From positions 357,272-421,271 of the forward strand of contig JBGAHS010000009.1 in NCBI GenBank assembly GCA_044226015.1: a DNA stretch of 64,000 nt, read 5' to 3'. Position 1 is the stretch's first letter, and every line of letters begins with the position of its first letter. Shown piece by piece: positions 32,951 through 43,885 of the stretch. This stretch comes from Candidatus Obscuribacteraceae bacterium. Lineage in GTDB: Bacteria; Cyanobacteriota; Vampirovibrionia; Obscuribacterales; Obscuribacteraceae. Made by a program: the position numbers and the translations under genes. The notes beneath the pieces were generated by a model. The model had not been told where the DNA came from. It ran no database searches and saw only the letters and a program-made list of their open reading frames with translations.

Positions 32951-33817
32951 ATGAAAATCTATATTTCTGCAGATCTCGAAGGCGTGAATGGCATTGTTCA
33001 TTCAAGCCAGACTCAGCCTGGAGAGCCAGGATATGAGAGGGGCATCAGCTTGATGCACAAAGAATTGGCTGCAGTCATCGAAGGTATATATTCTGACAGT
33101 AGGGTCAGTGATATTTTTGTCGCTGACGCACATTGGGACGCGCGAAATTTGCGTGCTGAACTTCTGCCCCGCGGTGTAACTTTGTGTTCAGGTTGGCAAC
33201 GTCCCTTCTCTATGATGTCCGGGGTTGCTGGTGACATATCGGGCAAGCAGATTGTCCAGAAAGGTTTTGATGGTGTGTTTTTTGTCGGGTACCATGCGCG
33301 CTCGGGTGTGGCGTGTGGAGTGCTCAGTCATACCTACAGAGCGCAGGTATATTTGGATGTGAAGCTTAATGGTGTCTCTGTGGGTGAAACGGGGCTGAAT
33401 GCTGCTCTTGCTGGTCATTCCAACGTTCCTATTGCATTCTTGAGTGGCGATGATGCGGCTTGTAACGAGGCCCGCAAGCTTCTGGGCTCTTTAACATGCG
33501 TAGAGGTTAAAAAGGCAATTTCCAGGTATTCTGCCATTTTAATGCCAATGGAAGAATCCCTTGATGCCTTGCGCCACGGGGCTGCAGAGGCAATGAATAA
33601 GAGAGATTATTGGGGAATTTTCTCACCACCACGACCTTCCACGCTTACCTTAACGATGATAGACCCTTCAATGGCTGATGCTGCAGAGCTTTTGCCGCAG
33701 GTGAAACGACTCGACGATAGGGTAGTTGAACTCACAGATGAGGACTATAGCGTCCTGTTCAAGCTGTTTTTAGCCATCGGAACCCTAGCCGCCAGCCGAC
33801 GCGATCCACATTTTTGA
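32951..33817 (+). CDS. dppA: M55 D-aminopeptidase
   Basis: MKIYISADLEG, DAH, GYHA, LSHT, GETG. Confidence 0.9.
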   Translation: MKIYISADLEGVNGIVHSSQTQPGEPGYERGISLMHKELAAVIEGIYSDSRVSDIFVADAHWDARNLRAELLPRGVTLCSGWQRPFSMMSGVAGDISGKQIVQKGFDGVFFVGYHARSGVACGVLSHTYRAQVYLDVKLNGVSVGETGLNAALAGHSNVPIAFLSGDDAACNEARKLLGSLTCVEVKKAISRYSAILMPMEESLDALRHGAAEAMNKRDYWGIFSPPRPSTLTLTMIDPSMADAAELLPQVKRLDDRVVELTDEDYSVLFKLFLAIGTLAASRRDPHF

Positions 33818-33935
33818 TTAAATCTCCCGAAAAGTGCCTCTTGACATGAGAGTTCGCTCAAAATCCCGGGTATTAAGACTGTGTCAAGGAAATTACGCAT
33901 CTGTGGCTCTCGAAGCCGTGGGACGGGTCTTAATC

Positions 33936-34439
33936 ATGTCGATACCAAGTCAACCAATGGATGAAGGGCAAATGTTCCCCTCGTCGTCTCAACAACTCTC
34001 TCTCAAACAACAAGTGATTGCGCTTAGCCAGTCGTACCCGTGCCCTCGGTGCACGCCCGGTGTGCTTGAACCTTTCGGTCATACCGAAACGATGATGTGT
34101 AGCAGCTGCAATCGCTCCTTCGTGCCACTTAGAGGTGGTCGCCTGCTATTTCCATCTAATAGTTTAGGTTGGAAAATAGCGCCGACATTCTGGTGGGATG
34201 GCTATCGCTGGCACTGGGGTGGCACTACTGCCACATCTAAGCAGTTGTCGATTATCGTGCTGTTGAGCCTATTGCCCGTTGTTGCAATTGCGTGTTCCTC
34301 GAAATGGCTTGCTCAATTTCACTCAAACTACGTTCTATGCGATGCATGGATTCTCTGTCCCATTGTCGGACTGATCACCATGCAATTGATTTACGCATGC
34401 TGCTGGGATTTCGAGTTCTACTCGAAAGAAAAACGCTAG
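33936..34439 (+). CDS. Zn-ribbon membrane protein
   Basis: CPRC...CSSC followed by two hydrophobic segments. Confidence 0.7.
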   Translation: MSIPSQPMDEGQMFPSSSQQLSLKQQVIALSQSYPCPRCTPGVLEPFGHTETMMCSSCNRSFVPLRGGRLLFPSNSLGWKIAPTFWWDGYRWHWGGTTATSKQLSIIVLLSLLPVVAIACSSKWLAQFHSNYVLCDAWILCPIVGLITMQLIYACCWDFEFYSKEKR

Positions 34440-34637
34440 AAAAACTTATTGGCTGGGTTATGAGAGACTCGCGCAGTGCGCGGGTCTTTCAGCTTTTTGC
34501 ACCATTTACGCAGCGCGAAGCCGTAATTCTGAACAATTTCGACAAAATCTTTCGTGAGCCGTGAAAGGCAAAATTTATTTGCAGCTGGCAGCTTTAAGCA
34601 CCATCGAGTTTTCGCATTTTGTGCACAGCTAACACCT

Positions 34638-35201
34638 TTATTTTTCTGCTGCGCGCTGATTTTTTCTTTCAGTCCAGTCTTCAGACTTCCAGGAGCCAAT
34701 GGCTAACTCGCCCTGCTCTGTAAAAATATCCTCGAGTATATTCTTTAAGCTATCAGTTAGAGCTGTGATCTTTTTCTTGAAAAGTCGCTTGGATTCTGGA
34801 GAACAATTTTTCTGCTTTTCGTAGATAGCGTGGCTGCGGTTGAGTAAGGTAATCACATTTAGCGCGGTTTGCCTTACCAGAACTGCTGTGAATTGATCGG
34901 GAAATTCCAGATGCTCAGAAACAGTTTCGCTGTCTGCCTGTTCTTTTGCTTTATTGTCGAGAAAACGATCCAGGTCAGCTGGAGGCATAAACAAAACTGA
35001 GGGTAATTTTTTCTCAATAGGTTTAATAAAATCGCGGTCAATCGCAGTTCTGAGCTGGCTAACTTGAGTTCGAACTTCCGCTCTACTTTTGTCATTACCT
35101 ATGGCATCTTGCGAATCCATCACCTCAAGAGCGTTCAAAAGATGGCATATGTCCATCAGCTGTGTCCCGGTGGTGGCTAAGAGGTGATTGTTCGGATTCA
35201 T
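34638..35201 (-). CDS. Hypothetical helical protein
   Basis: 187-aa ORF with AGGA SD. Confidence 0.65.
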   Translation of the reverse strand: MNPNNHLLATTGTQLMDICHLLNALEVMDSQDAIGNDKSRAEVRTQVSQLRTAIDRDFIKPIEKKLPSVLFMPPADLDRFLDNKAKEQADSETVSEHLEFPDQFTAVLVRQTALNVITLLNRSHAIYEKQKNCSPESKRLFKKKITALTDSLKNILEDIFTEQGELAIGSWKSEDWTERKNQRAAEK

Positions 35202-35315
35202 ATATAGGGTCCTGTCAGGCAGAAATTTTTTGCATTCGGTAGATTGTATTATTTCCTACGCGCCAGGTCATGTATTTGCTCTCTTGCTTTTGTCTAATTG
35301 TGCTAGATTTAGGCA

Positions 35316-36305
35316 ATGTCGATGCAGAGCAAGAGCCAGCTAGAGCCAAAAGACTTCCAGCATTTGTCTGTAATGCTTGATGAAGTTATTGAAATGCTTC
35401 AGCCCGGAACTGGCAAGGTTTATGTTGATGCAACCGCTGGTTTGGGCGGGCATCTATTGGGAATTGCCAGTCGACTTAAACCTGAATCTACTCTCATCGG
35501 AATAGATCAGGATGAGTCCGCATTGGCGATGTCCCGGAAACGCTTGCAGGAAGCAGGTTTCGATTTCATTCATCCAAGAATTGAGCTGGTCCAGGGAAAT
35601 TTTCGAGATATACAACGTATATGTTATTCGCTAGGAATTGACTCCATAGATGGTGGCATTCTTGCTGACATTGGCGTTTCCTCTATGCAGTTGGATGATG
35701 CCACCCGTGGTTTCAGTTTTATGCAAGATGGTCCACTAGATATGCGAATGGATCAGAACCAGAAATTGTCTGCGGCGAGTATTCTTAACGATTTCACAGA
35801 GAAGGAGATCGCCGATATATTGTTTCGATATGGCGAAGAGCGTCAGAGCCGAAAAATTGCAAAGAGAATTTTGGAAGCTAGACCAATAAAGACTACGTCA
35901 GAGCTCTCCGCCCTTGTGGTTAAAGCCTTAGGCTGGCCGCGAGCTAACGATAAGTCGCATCCGGCGACTCGTACTTTTCAGGCATTACGAATTGCGGTTA
36001 ATGATGAATTAGGTGCATTAGAAAATTTCCTGGCAGATTCAATTAGAATTCTTGCAGCCGGTGGAAGACTCGTTGTCATAAGCTTTCACAGCCTTGAGGA
36101 TAGGATGGTTAAGCAAATTTTCAAGAGCTGTGAAGCTGAGTGTGTTTGTCCTCCAAAACAGCCGATCTGCAACTGTTCCAAAAGGAGAGAACTGAAAATT
36201 CTCACGCGTAAACCTTTACAACCTGAAGAAAAAGAAACACTTGCCAATCCCCGTGCCCGTAGTGCTAAACTACGAGCGGGAGAACGTGTTATTCAGGAGG
36301 TGTAG
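35316..36305 (+). CDS. rsmH: 16S rRNA m4C1402 methyltransferase
   Basis: DATAGLGGH, DIGVSSMQLD, FQALRIAVNDE, NPRARSAKLR. Confidence 0.97.
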   Translation: MSMQSKSQLEPKDFQHLSVMLDEVIEMLQPGTGKVYVDATAGLGGHLLGIASRLKPESTLIGIDQDESALAMSRKRLQEAGFDFIHPRIELVQGNFRDIQRICYSLGIDSIDGGILADIGVSSMQLDDATRGFSFMQDGPLDMRMDQNQKLSAASILNDFTEKEIADILFRYGEERQSRKIAKRILEARPIKTTSELSALVVKALGWPRANDKSHPATRTFQALRIAVNDELGALENFLADSIRILAAGGRLVVISFHSLEDRMVKQIFKSCEAECVCPPKQPICNCSKRRELKILTRKPLQPEEKETLANPRARSAKLRAGERVIQEV

Positions 36306-36794
36306 ATGACAGCAGCACAGTCCGTTATCGACACCGAAACTTGGAATGGTGAATCTTTGTCTGTGTCACTACCGCCTATGGTGGCACAAAAGGCTGCCAC
36401 TGCAGTTGACACCAAACCTCTGAGTCAGATTCCGGATTGGACTCCTCGAATTCACAGCCGTCATGTTCCAGTTCTTGTAAAAATCAATCAAGTACTTCGA
36501 GCTGTCTTGATAGCATGTTGTGGTCTGGCATTGCTCGGCTATGGACTTGACGTAGCAGCCACGGCAGAAGTTAGCAAACTACAAGAGCAAGCAAGGCGCT
36601 TAAGTGAGCAGAACACAGAATTGTCAGCACAGCTTCTTCGCGCTATTTCTTTTCAAGGTATTCAGGCAAATGTTGTGGGTCGGGCAGGTTTGCGTGTTCC
36701 AGAAAGAGTAATAATTACACCTGAAGTGAAACCACCTGTGGTGAAAGATTTCAAGCCTCGCAAGCACTTCTTGCCTGTGCATTCTGGCTACTAA
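36306..36794 (+). CDS. FtsL-like TM plus coiled-coil protein
   Basis: Position between rsmH and ftsI; single TM followed by heptads. Confidence 0.6.
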   Translation: MTAAQSVIDTETWNGESLSVSLPPMVAQKAATAVDTKPLSQIPDWTPRIHSRHVPVLVKINQVLRAVLIACCGLALLGYGLDVAATAEVSKLQEQARRLSEQNTELSAQLLRAISFQGIQANVVGRAGLRVPERVIITPEVKPPVVKDFKPRKHFLPVHSGY

Positions 36795-36812
36795 TTGGCG
36801 GGTTGAAACTGG

Positions 36813-38678
36813 ATGTCGGTGAGATCAAAAGAGCGATCATCAATTAATAAGTATGCAGAAAAGCGGAAGCAGCCGCGGTCACCATTGTGGCGCCTGCGCG
36901 TTTGGCAATGTCTGATCTGTTTGGGACTCGTAATGATCGCGGGGCGCTTGTATTACCTGCAAATCATGCGCGGTGGCGAGCTAACTCATAGAGCTGCGGT
37001 GCAACGTGAAAAGAATAATCCTCTAATTCACAGAGGAGCCATCACCGACAGGCACGGTTTACCACTTGCCATTGATACCACTCGCTATGACGTTTATGTG
37101 CATCCAGCATTGCTCAAGGTCTCTAAAGAAGAGGCTGCAAGCACCTTTGCTAACATTTGCCATGTGAGTCCAGCCAAAGTTGAGCGATTGCTCAAAAGTG
37201 ACTATCCTGTCGTTACCATCGCATTGCATTTGAACAGAGAAGAGATTGAAGAACTTCAGCATTTGAATTGGCCCGGCATCGACATAGTTCCAAAGTCTTT
37301 CCGTCATTACCCAGAAGCTAAGCTCGCTTCTCATATCCTTGGCTATGTGAATATGGATACGAAAGGGCAGGGCGGCGTCGAGCAGGCTGTCGGTACCGCG
37401 CTTCAGAGTACAGGTGACTTCAACCTGCCTCAGTTAGATGGACGCGGACGTGAAATTATCACGGGGCAGGCACAAAATCGTACCTTGGAAATTACACCGC
37501 CCATGGGGCGCAACGTAGAGTTGACCATCGATAATTATTTGCAGCATCTGGCAGAGAAAGAACTGAGTGCAATGTGTATTCACTCAAGCGCACTTAAGGG
37601 TTGTGCAATCTTGCTTGACCCCGAGAATGGTGAAATTCTTGCCTGGGCTAACTATCCGAATTACGACCCGAACGAGTACAGCAAGTACGACTACGAGAAA
37701 TTGAAGAACTGGGCAATGGTTGATGTATATCAGCCTGGTTCGACATTCAAAATTCTCACTGTTTCATCAGCGCTAGACCTCGGGGTCATCAAAAATAATT
37801 CCACATTCTATGATGGTGGGACTTTGCGCGTTGGCAATCGCACTCTACACAATCATGAACCAGGTGGGCTTGGAGTAATCGACCTTCTTCATCTGTTCAT
37901 TCACTCCAGCAACGTTGCCTCAGCTCAAATTGGTTTGCTGATGTCACCTCAGCAGTTCTATACAAAATTGACAGAGTTTGGAATTGGCAAGAAAACCGGT
38001 ATTGAACTTGCTGGCGAGTCTGCCGGTATTTTGTTGAACTGGAAATATTGGAAGCCTATCGACCAGGCTACAACCGGGTTCGGGCAAGGTGCTGTAGCTG
38101 TAACACCCTTGCAGTTGGTTTCGGCTGTTAGTGGTGTTGCTAATGGTGGCATTAGAGTTCAACCACATCTAATTCGTCGCATTTATGATCCCAAAACTGG
38201 TGTCACCGAAAAGTGGACCGAGCCAACAAAAACTAAAGTTCTTTCTCCTGAAGTTGCTCACCACGTATCGAATCTTTTGGCTACGAACGTCGAGACTGGT
38301 ACCCAATTGGCTGGTAAGGTTCCCGGTTATGCTGTAGGCGGCAAAACAGGTACTGCACAGAAGGTTACAGCAAATGGCAGAGGCTACATCGCTGGTGCTA
38401 CCATCGCGAGCTTCGTCGGCTTCCTGCCTGCTGATAATCCGAAGCTTGTATGCATAGCTGTTGTAGACAGCCCTCAGACTGATGGACGATGGGGTAATAC
38501 CATTGCTGGTCCAGTTTTTAACGCTATTTGTATGGAAGCTGCACGTTATCTTGGTATTCCTCCTTCCAAGAGAATCGAGTTGAATTCAAAGGGTAAGGGC
38601 GAAAACTCATTCGTGCCTCCCTCTGTGAAATACGCTGCAGAAATCCAAGCAGAGACCAATGCCAGTGACAGGCGATAA
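36813..38678 (+). CDS. ftsI: Class B penicillin-binding protein (FtsI/PBP3)
   Basis: RGAITDR, PGSTFK (SxxK), SSN, GKTGT. Confidence 0.9.
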   Translation: MSVRSKERSSINKYAEKRKQPRSPLWRLRVWQCLICLGLVMIAGRLYYLQIMRGGELTHRAAVQREKNNPLIHRGAITDRHGLPLAIDTTRYDVYVHPALLKVSKEEAASTFANICHVSPAKVERLLKSDYPVVTIALHLNREEIEELQHLNWPGIDIVPKSFRHYPEAKLASHILGYVNMDTKGQGGVEQAVGTALQSTGDFNLPQLDGRGREIITGQAQNRTLEITPPMGRNVELTIDNYLQHLAEKELSAMCIHSSALKGCAILLDPENGEILAWANYPNYDPNEYSKYDYEKLKNWAMVDVYQPGSTFKILTVSSALDLGVIKNNSTFYDGGTLRVGNRTLHNHEPGGLGVIDLLHLFIHSSNVASAQIGLLMSPQQFYTKLTEFGIGKKTGIELAGESAGILLNWKYWKPIDQATTGFGQGAVAVTPLQLVSAVSGVANGGIRVQPHLIRRIYDPKTGVTEKWTEPTKTKVLSPEVAHHVSNLLATNVETGTQLAGKVPGYAVGGKTGTAQKVTANGRGYIAGATIASFVGFLPADNPKLVCIAVVDSPQTDGRWGNTIAGPVFNAICMEAARYLGIPPSKRIELNSKGKGENSFVPPSVKYAAEIQAETNASDRR

Positions 38679-40554
38679 AAACGACCATCCTCTTAAGCAA
38701 GAGGCTGAATCTCCAGAAAAGCTGCTAGTGAAAGCTGAAGACAACCCAGGAAACGAACAGGAGGCAATTCTTCCTGCGGCTCAGCCTGCTGCTTCACCCG
38801 CAGATTCAGAGTCTGCTATTGAAGCTGAATCTGATGTCGCGGCTGCAGAGACCGGAGCAAGTCCAGAAGCTGCGCGTGAAGTTCCTAAGCCCAAACAGCA
38901 AAGTATGGGTAAAACGTTTGGTATCGTCGCAGTTCTGACAGTTCTTTCTAAAGTTATTGGACTCGTTCGCGATATCGTCGTGGCACACGCTTATGGCACT
39001 GGTATCATCGCTGATGCCTGGAATTACGCATACCTTTTCACTGGTAATATTCTAATTCTCTTTGGTGGCTTGGGTGGTCCTTATCATTCTGCCACCGTCG
39101 CAATTTTGACACCGCGCAAGGACTCAGAAAACGCGGGTAAACTGCTCACGCAGATAGCGCTTGTGACTTTCATATCGCTAACCGCTGTCTGCTTATTGGC
39201 TTGTCTTCTATCTCCATTTATCGCAAGTCTCGCGCTCTCGCAGTACAAGATAGTGCATGCTAATCTTCCACCGGAGTTGGCTGGATGGACTGATGTTGCG
39301 TTGAAGAATCTTCTGCAAAATCAGGTTCGAGAGCAATTTTTGATTATGGCTCCGCTGATAGTGATTTCTGGACTGGTTGGAATTTCGTATGGAATTCTCA
39401 ACGTCTACAACAAGATATTCTGGCCGTCTTTATCTCCGGCGATCGCCAGCGTTGCCATCATCGTGGCCATCTGGGGATTTTACGACCCGACTACTGCCGC
39501 CTACACGGGAATTCCGCTAGCTCTTGGAACCCTTGTTGGTGCCCTGGGTCAGCTGTTTGCTCAAACACCGGACATCATCAAAAGTAATCTGAAGTGGAAA
39601 TTCACCCGAGAGAAGCAGGAGGGTATAGATGAATATTCAGCTATGATCTGGCCTGCTATATTCAGCACTTCCGTTGGCCAGTTGATCGTTTATGTTGATG
39701 CGTTTTTTACCGGGACACTTGGACAGGGGTCATGGACTGCAGTCCTTATGTCCAATCGTCTGGTACAACTTCCGCTTGGTGTTCTTTTGACTGCCATGCT
39801 CGTGCCAATCTTGCCTCGTTTTACACAACTTGTTGACGCTGGAAATATGGACGAGCTGAAGGAGGAACTGCGCCGCTCTTTGCGCTTTCTTTGTTTCCTG
39901 GCTTTCCCCATGGCGGCTCTGTTTCTTGCAATTCCATCTCCAATCATTCGATTACTCTTTCAACATGGTGAATTCAATAACGAATCGACCGGGCTCGTCA
40001 CCATTGCTTTGATCTTTCTTGCTCCATCAATTCTTTTCTATGTTGCAAGAGACTTGATGACGAGAGTTTTTTATGCCTTCAAGGACTCTAAGACTCCTTT
40101 CCATGTTGCACTCGTTGCCATCGTGGTCAAGGCATTTTTAGACTGGCTCTTTGTGTTTGTTCTGAAAATGGATGTACGCGGCATCTCGTTGGCAAGCACA
40201 CTTATAACGATTTTGAATCTGACGCTTCTCAGCACCTTTCTGAAAAACAGAATTGGTCTACTTGGCTTTCATAAGCTGCTCGTTCCATTAGGGTTGATGA
40301 TGCTAGCCTCTGTTCTCTGCGCCGGTAGTGCATTTGGAGTTACAGTGGTACTGGAAGCAGAAGCTGTCAAAGCAGTCTTTGCAAGTATTTTGCCAAAGAC
40401 ATGGTCGGCGAGCGTTTTGTTGCTGATTGAAGTTGGGCTTTCCTGTGCCGTTGCTGCTGTCGTCTATTTTCTTGCATGCATTCTCTTCAAGCTGGATGAA
40501 TTGAATATGCTTGTTCGAAGAGTGCCGGCTCTGGGCCGCATCTTGAAACGTTAG
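38659..40554 (+). CDS. murJ: Lipid II flippase
   Basis: SKVIGLVRD, RLVQLPLG, many TM helices. Confidence 0.93.
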   Translation: MPVTGDKNDHPLKQEAESPEKLLVKAEDNPGNEQEAILPAAQPAASPADSESAIEAESDVAAAETGASPEAAREVPKPKQQSMGKTFGIVAVLTVLSKVIGLVRDIVVAHAYGTGIIADAWNYAYLFTGNILILFGGLGGPYHSATVAILTPRKDSENAGKLLTQIALVTFISLTAVCLLACLLSPFIASLALSQYKIVHANLPPELAGWTDVALKNLLQNQVREQFLIMAPLIVISGLVGISYGILNVYNKIFWPSLSPAIASVAIIVAIWGFYDPTTAAYTGIPLALGTLVGALGQLFAQTPDIIKSNLKWKFTREKQEGIDEYSAMIWPAIFSTSVGQLIVYVDAFFTGTLGQGSWTAVLMSNRLVQLPLGVLLTAMLVPILPRFTQLVDAGNMDELKEELRRSLRFLCFLAFPMAALFLAIPSPIIRLLFQHGEFNNESTGLVTIALIFLAPSILFYVARDLMTRVFYAFKDSKTPFHVALVAIVVKAFLDWLFVFVLKMDVRGISLASTLITILNLTLLSTFLKNRIGLLGFHKLLVPLGLMMLASVLCAGSAFGVTVVLEAEAVKAVFASILPKTWSASVLLLIEVGLSCAVAAVVYFLACILFKLDELNMLVRRVPALGRILKR

Positions 40555-40676
40555 CTGCATAAGTCTTGGCGGTCTTTTGTCCCGCTAAAGTGCAAATTGT
40601 CATCTTTTATTAACGCGATTCCTTGTAATTGTCTCTCGAAAAAGAGTAACAATGGATATAAAGGAGTTGATTCAAA

Positions 40677-41228
40677 ATGAAAGACCTAAATCATAGAGAA
40701 CAGCTCATTCACATTTTACAAATGGCATATTCTGGTGAAAAGGCAGCTGCACTTGCTTACGCTGGCCACTGGCGTGCTTCTTTCTGCAAAGAAGAGCGTG
40801 AGAGCATTGCGCAAATAGAACAAGAAGAATGGATTCACCGGGCCGCAGTTCTGCGGATGCTCGAACAACTTGACGCCAAACCGCAAGGATGTAGAGATCT
40901 AATGATGGGCACTATGGGTAGTATCATCATGATGGCCTGCTTCATCAGTGGCTGGTATTTTCCGATGTACTTTGCCGGTTTGCTAGAACATAGCAATGTA
41001 CACGAGTATTTGGACGCTGCAAGATGTGCTGCTGCCATTGGTCGCTTTGATTTTGAGCAAGAACTTTTGCAGCTGGCTGATGTAGAGCTAAGGCATGAGG
41101 AGTATTTCCGGCAGAAGGTTTGCGACAGAAATTTGACCTATTGGATGCACAAGATTTTTGCGTGGGGATGGTCCTCAGCAGATCGTCAGCTAGAACCTGG
41201 CACAGCAGTTGTGACAAGGGAGCCCTGA
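40677..41228 (+). CDS. Ferritin-like di-iron protein (Coq7-like)
   Basis: AYSGE, EEWIH and ELRH ExxH pattern; AAGGAG SD. Confidence 0.75.
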   Translation: MKDLNHREQLIHILQMAYSGEKAAALAYAGHWRASFCKEERESIAQIEQEEWIHRAAVLRMLEQLDAKPQGCRDLMMGTMGSIIMMACFISGWYFPMYFAGLLEHSNVHEYLDAARCAAAIGRFDFEQELLQLADVELRHEEYFRQKVCDRNLTYWMHKIFAWGWSSADRQLEPGTAVVTREP

Positions 41229-41333
41229 ATTGCTTTTGTGATCTCAACTGCCACAATTTGGCAGAATGCCCACGATGTCGGCAACTCCAATTATCTGATG
41301 ATCAAGTAAAAATACCATTAGTAAGCGACAGGT

Positions 41334-42206
41334 ATGCTGGCAAATGCAAGCGGGTATATTATGGTGTTCGACTGGAGAGGTCGTCTTTTGCGAGTACTTT
41401 TATATCTGACACTGCTTGTCTTCTCTTTTCTTCAACCAGTTAGTTTGCCCTCTATCGCAGCCACTTTATTCGGTGGGGTAGAGCATTCGGATGTATTACC
41501 TCCAGCCAACCAGGTACCAGAGGAAGAGCCACAGGTTCCGCCGCTTGCGCCACCGATTCAAGGAAAGGAAGATAGCGCTGCCATGGAAGGCGACACTATT
41601 CCTCCAGACCCTATGCAATATGCACCTCCACCGCCTCCTAAACCTCGAGTGAGAATTGAGTGGTATCAAATTCCAAAACAAATGGCTGGCTCATGGTACA
41701 AGCGAGGCGATTACACAGAGAGCATCACAGACCTGAAGACAAGAACAATCATTCCTGTGAATAGATTCACAGATGACGAACTAACTGCGCACTGGGGTCA
41801 TCAGTACGATAAAGATGGAAACATTTGGCATGCAAACACCATGCCATTTGAGCGCGATGGTATAACGAATGGGCAGAAAGTTCAGTTCCAGATAGTTGCC
41901 CTGAGAGCCAAGTTAGTGGCACCCACTGAACTGGTTTCGAAAACTCGTTCGGTAATTACTGAAAGCCAGCGAGGCGTGGTGACAAAAATATTCCAGCAAG
42001 AGTCTATCAATCATTACTTTGTTAGCGAAAAGAAAATTGTAAATGAGAGTTCCAATCGAGATTTCAGCTATGAAGGAACCGCTCTGCGGGACGGGAGACT
42101 CAGGAGTGAATATGTAAGAGTGGCACCCTTTCAGCCTGTTGCCAGCATGAATGGAGTTGATCTTGCCGCTTCACTGGCACAGTACTTGAGATCGATTGGC
42201 AGATAA
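41334..42206 (+). CDS. Secreted hypothetical protein with Pro-rich linker
   Basis: Signal-like N-terminus, 290-aa ORF. Confidence 0.7.
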   Translation: MLANASGYIMVFDWRGRLLRVLLYLTLLVFSFLQPVSLPSIAATLFGGVEHSDVLPPANQVPEEEPQVPPLAPPIQGKEDSAAMEGDTIPPDPMQYAPPPPPKPRVRIEWYQIPKQMAGSWYKRGDYTESITDLKTRTIIPVNRFTDDELTAHWGHQYDKDGNIWHANTMPFERDGITNGQKVQFQIVALRAKLVAPTELVSKTRSVITESQRGVVTKIFQQESINHYFVSEKKIVNESSNRDFSYEGTALRDGRLRSEYVRVAPFQPVASMNGVDLAASLAQYLRSIGR

Positions 42207-42257
42207 AGTTCTCGAAATTACCAATTTAGATATTTAGATCGTAAGGCGCAAATAAAG

Positions 42258-42283
42258 AAAAAGGAGCCGCTTTCGCGGCTCCC
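42258..42283 (-). terminator. Intrinsic terminator
   Basis: ggagccgc-gaaa-gcggctcc-ttttt on the minus strand. Confidence 0.75.
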
Positions 42284-42307
42284 TGGTAAGAGTCCTCCGT
42301 GTTGGTA

Positions 42308-43885
42308 TCAAATGCGGTGTGGTGTTCCGGTTCGGTGTTGCATAGTTAATTGCTGATCGCGTTGTGTGTTTTTGTCGTCAGTTCCTCCAATTTCAATATC
42401 GACAGCGAGTCCATCTTTATGACTTCCGCGCTTAGCAAATTCCTTTGCCAGGTCTTCATGATTAGCGTTGCCATTGTTTGCATCGGTGGGGTAGCCAGCC
42501 AGCGGTTGTCCTCCATGCTTGCCAGATGTACTTGCCACGTTGTCTCTGAACATGATTACGGCGTTAGCGCCGTTTTTTACGTTGGTATCGGCAAGTGTGG
42601 TCTCCTGCCCATCTGCCGTAACTGCACGTGTAAAGTCTTCTCCACTACTGACTTTTCTTGAAATGGATCCGTCAGATTCGAAGCTATAGGTGTAAACCAG
42701 ATTTGGCTCATTCTGAAATGGCTCAACGACCATTGATAAAACGGCGTCTACATTTGGTTGTAGTCGACCATTTTTTAACCAGTTGTAGAGGTGTTCTGCA
42801 AATTGTTGGGAGGTACCAGGGCGGGGCTCGCTATCATACGACAATCGCATCTGTGCCTTAGGGTCATAAGGATAATCACCGCCTGTGATATCAAAGTTCA
42901 AGATACCGTGGTCAGTGAATGATCCAGAAGCTAAAAAGTCGCTCCAGGAACCCAGCCCTGGTACCGGCTTTTGTGCAAACCTGACCGTCATCGATCCCCT
43001 TGTTCCCTCATCTTCTTGAGAGGACGGTTGGCTGCAAACAGCATACTTGATAGGTTTGTCTGGCTCCTGGCTGTCTATTAAAGTGCATTCCAACTTGATG
43101 ATGGTACAGAGATGATGTCCATCATCTGGTTTGAATTTTCTTGCTGATACTAGATGTGGTTGTTTGCCTATTCCGGCAAACATGAAGTTTCTCTTTCCGA
43201 CTGGCAGATTTTTGAAGGCTTGATATTTATCTTCATCCATCTGCTGTATCGATACCATAGCCTTAGAGACTGGCTTGGGTACTTGGACAGTTGTGTCGCT
43301 GCCATTATCTAGCCATCCGGAACTCATGGTGATGGACTGAATTTTGACATTGGCAGGCAGGGTGGAATTAAGGAATTTGCGAACATCATCCATAGGTCTT
43401 ACATACTCACCATTAACATCCACAAGAAGATGTTCGTCAGGGTTCGCCTTTGTAGCCTCTTTAATCAGAACATTGAGCCCGTTGGACGCTACTTCGAGAG
43501 CCTTCATGTCATCATCTATCAGAGACTCTAGTGTTGAGTTTTTTAGCTGGTCAGCAATGATTGCATTTTGTCTTAGAGTTCCAATTATGGTATTGATTCC
43601 GAGCACTGGAAGCGGTTCGCCATCCTGTGCTTTAGTCGCTTTTCCTGTCGGAGGGTGATTGCTGATTGAAACGAATCCGAAGTGTGAGTCCTTTTCAGTA
43701 ATCCGTGAAATGTCTTTTGCTGCTAGCAAAGCTGCTGCCTCTACTGCATTTTCTGTTCTGCCTCGAGCGCTCATGTGCGGAGCCATTTTGCATAAGCAAA
43801 TGAGCACTGGAATGGTAACAGCTGCTGTAATCGAGATTATCAGTACCAGCATGTTGCCGCGTTGATTTCTTGCTCGCGTTTTCAT
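42308..43885 (-). CDS. Tad/pseudopilin-like (TadG-type N-terminus) hypothetical protein
   Basis: [17 protein letters not shown] prepilin-like leader and [10 protein letters not shown] motif; ATGA-coupled to GH5. Confidence 0.65.
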   Translation of the reverse strand: MKTRARNQRGNMLVLIISITAAVTIPVLICLCKMAPHMSARGRTENAVEAAALLAAKDISRITEKDSHFGFVSISNHPPTGKATKAQDGEPLPVLGINTIIGTLRQNAIIADQLKNSTLESLIDDDMKALEVASNGLNVLIKEATKANPDEHLLVDVNGEYVRPMDDVRKFLNSTLPANVKIQSITMSSGWLDNGSDTTVQVPKPVSKAMVSIQQMDEDKYQAFKNLPVGKRNFMFAGIGKQPHLVSARKFKPDDGHHLCTIIKLECTLIDSQEPDKPIKYAVCSQPSSQEDEGTRGSMTVRFAQKPVPGLGSWSDFLASGSFTDHGILNFDITGGDYPYDPKAQMRLSYDSEPRPGTSQQFAEHLYNWLKNGRLQPNVDAVLSMVVEPFQNEPNLVYTYSFESDGSISRKVSSGEDFTRAVTADGQETTLADTNVKNGANAVIMFRDNVASTSGKHGGQPLAGYPTDANNGNANHEDLAKEFAKRGSHKDGLAVDIEIGGTDDKNTQRDQQLTMQHRTGTPHRI

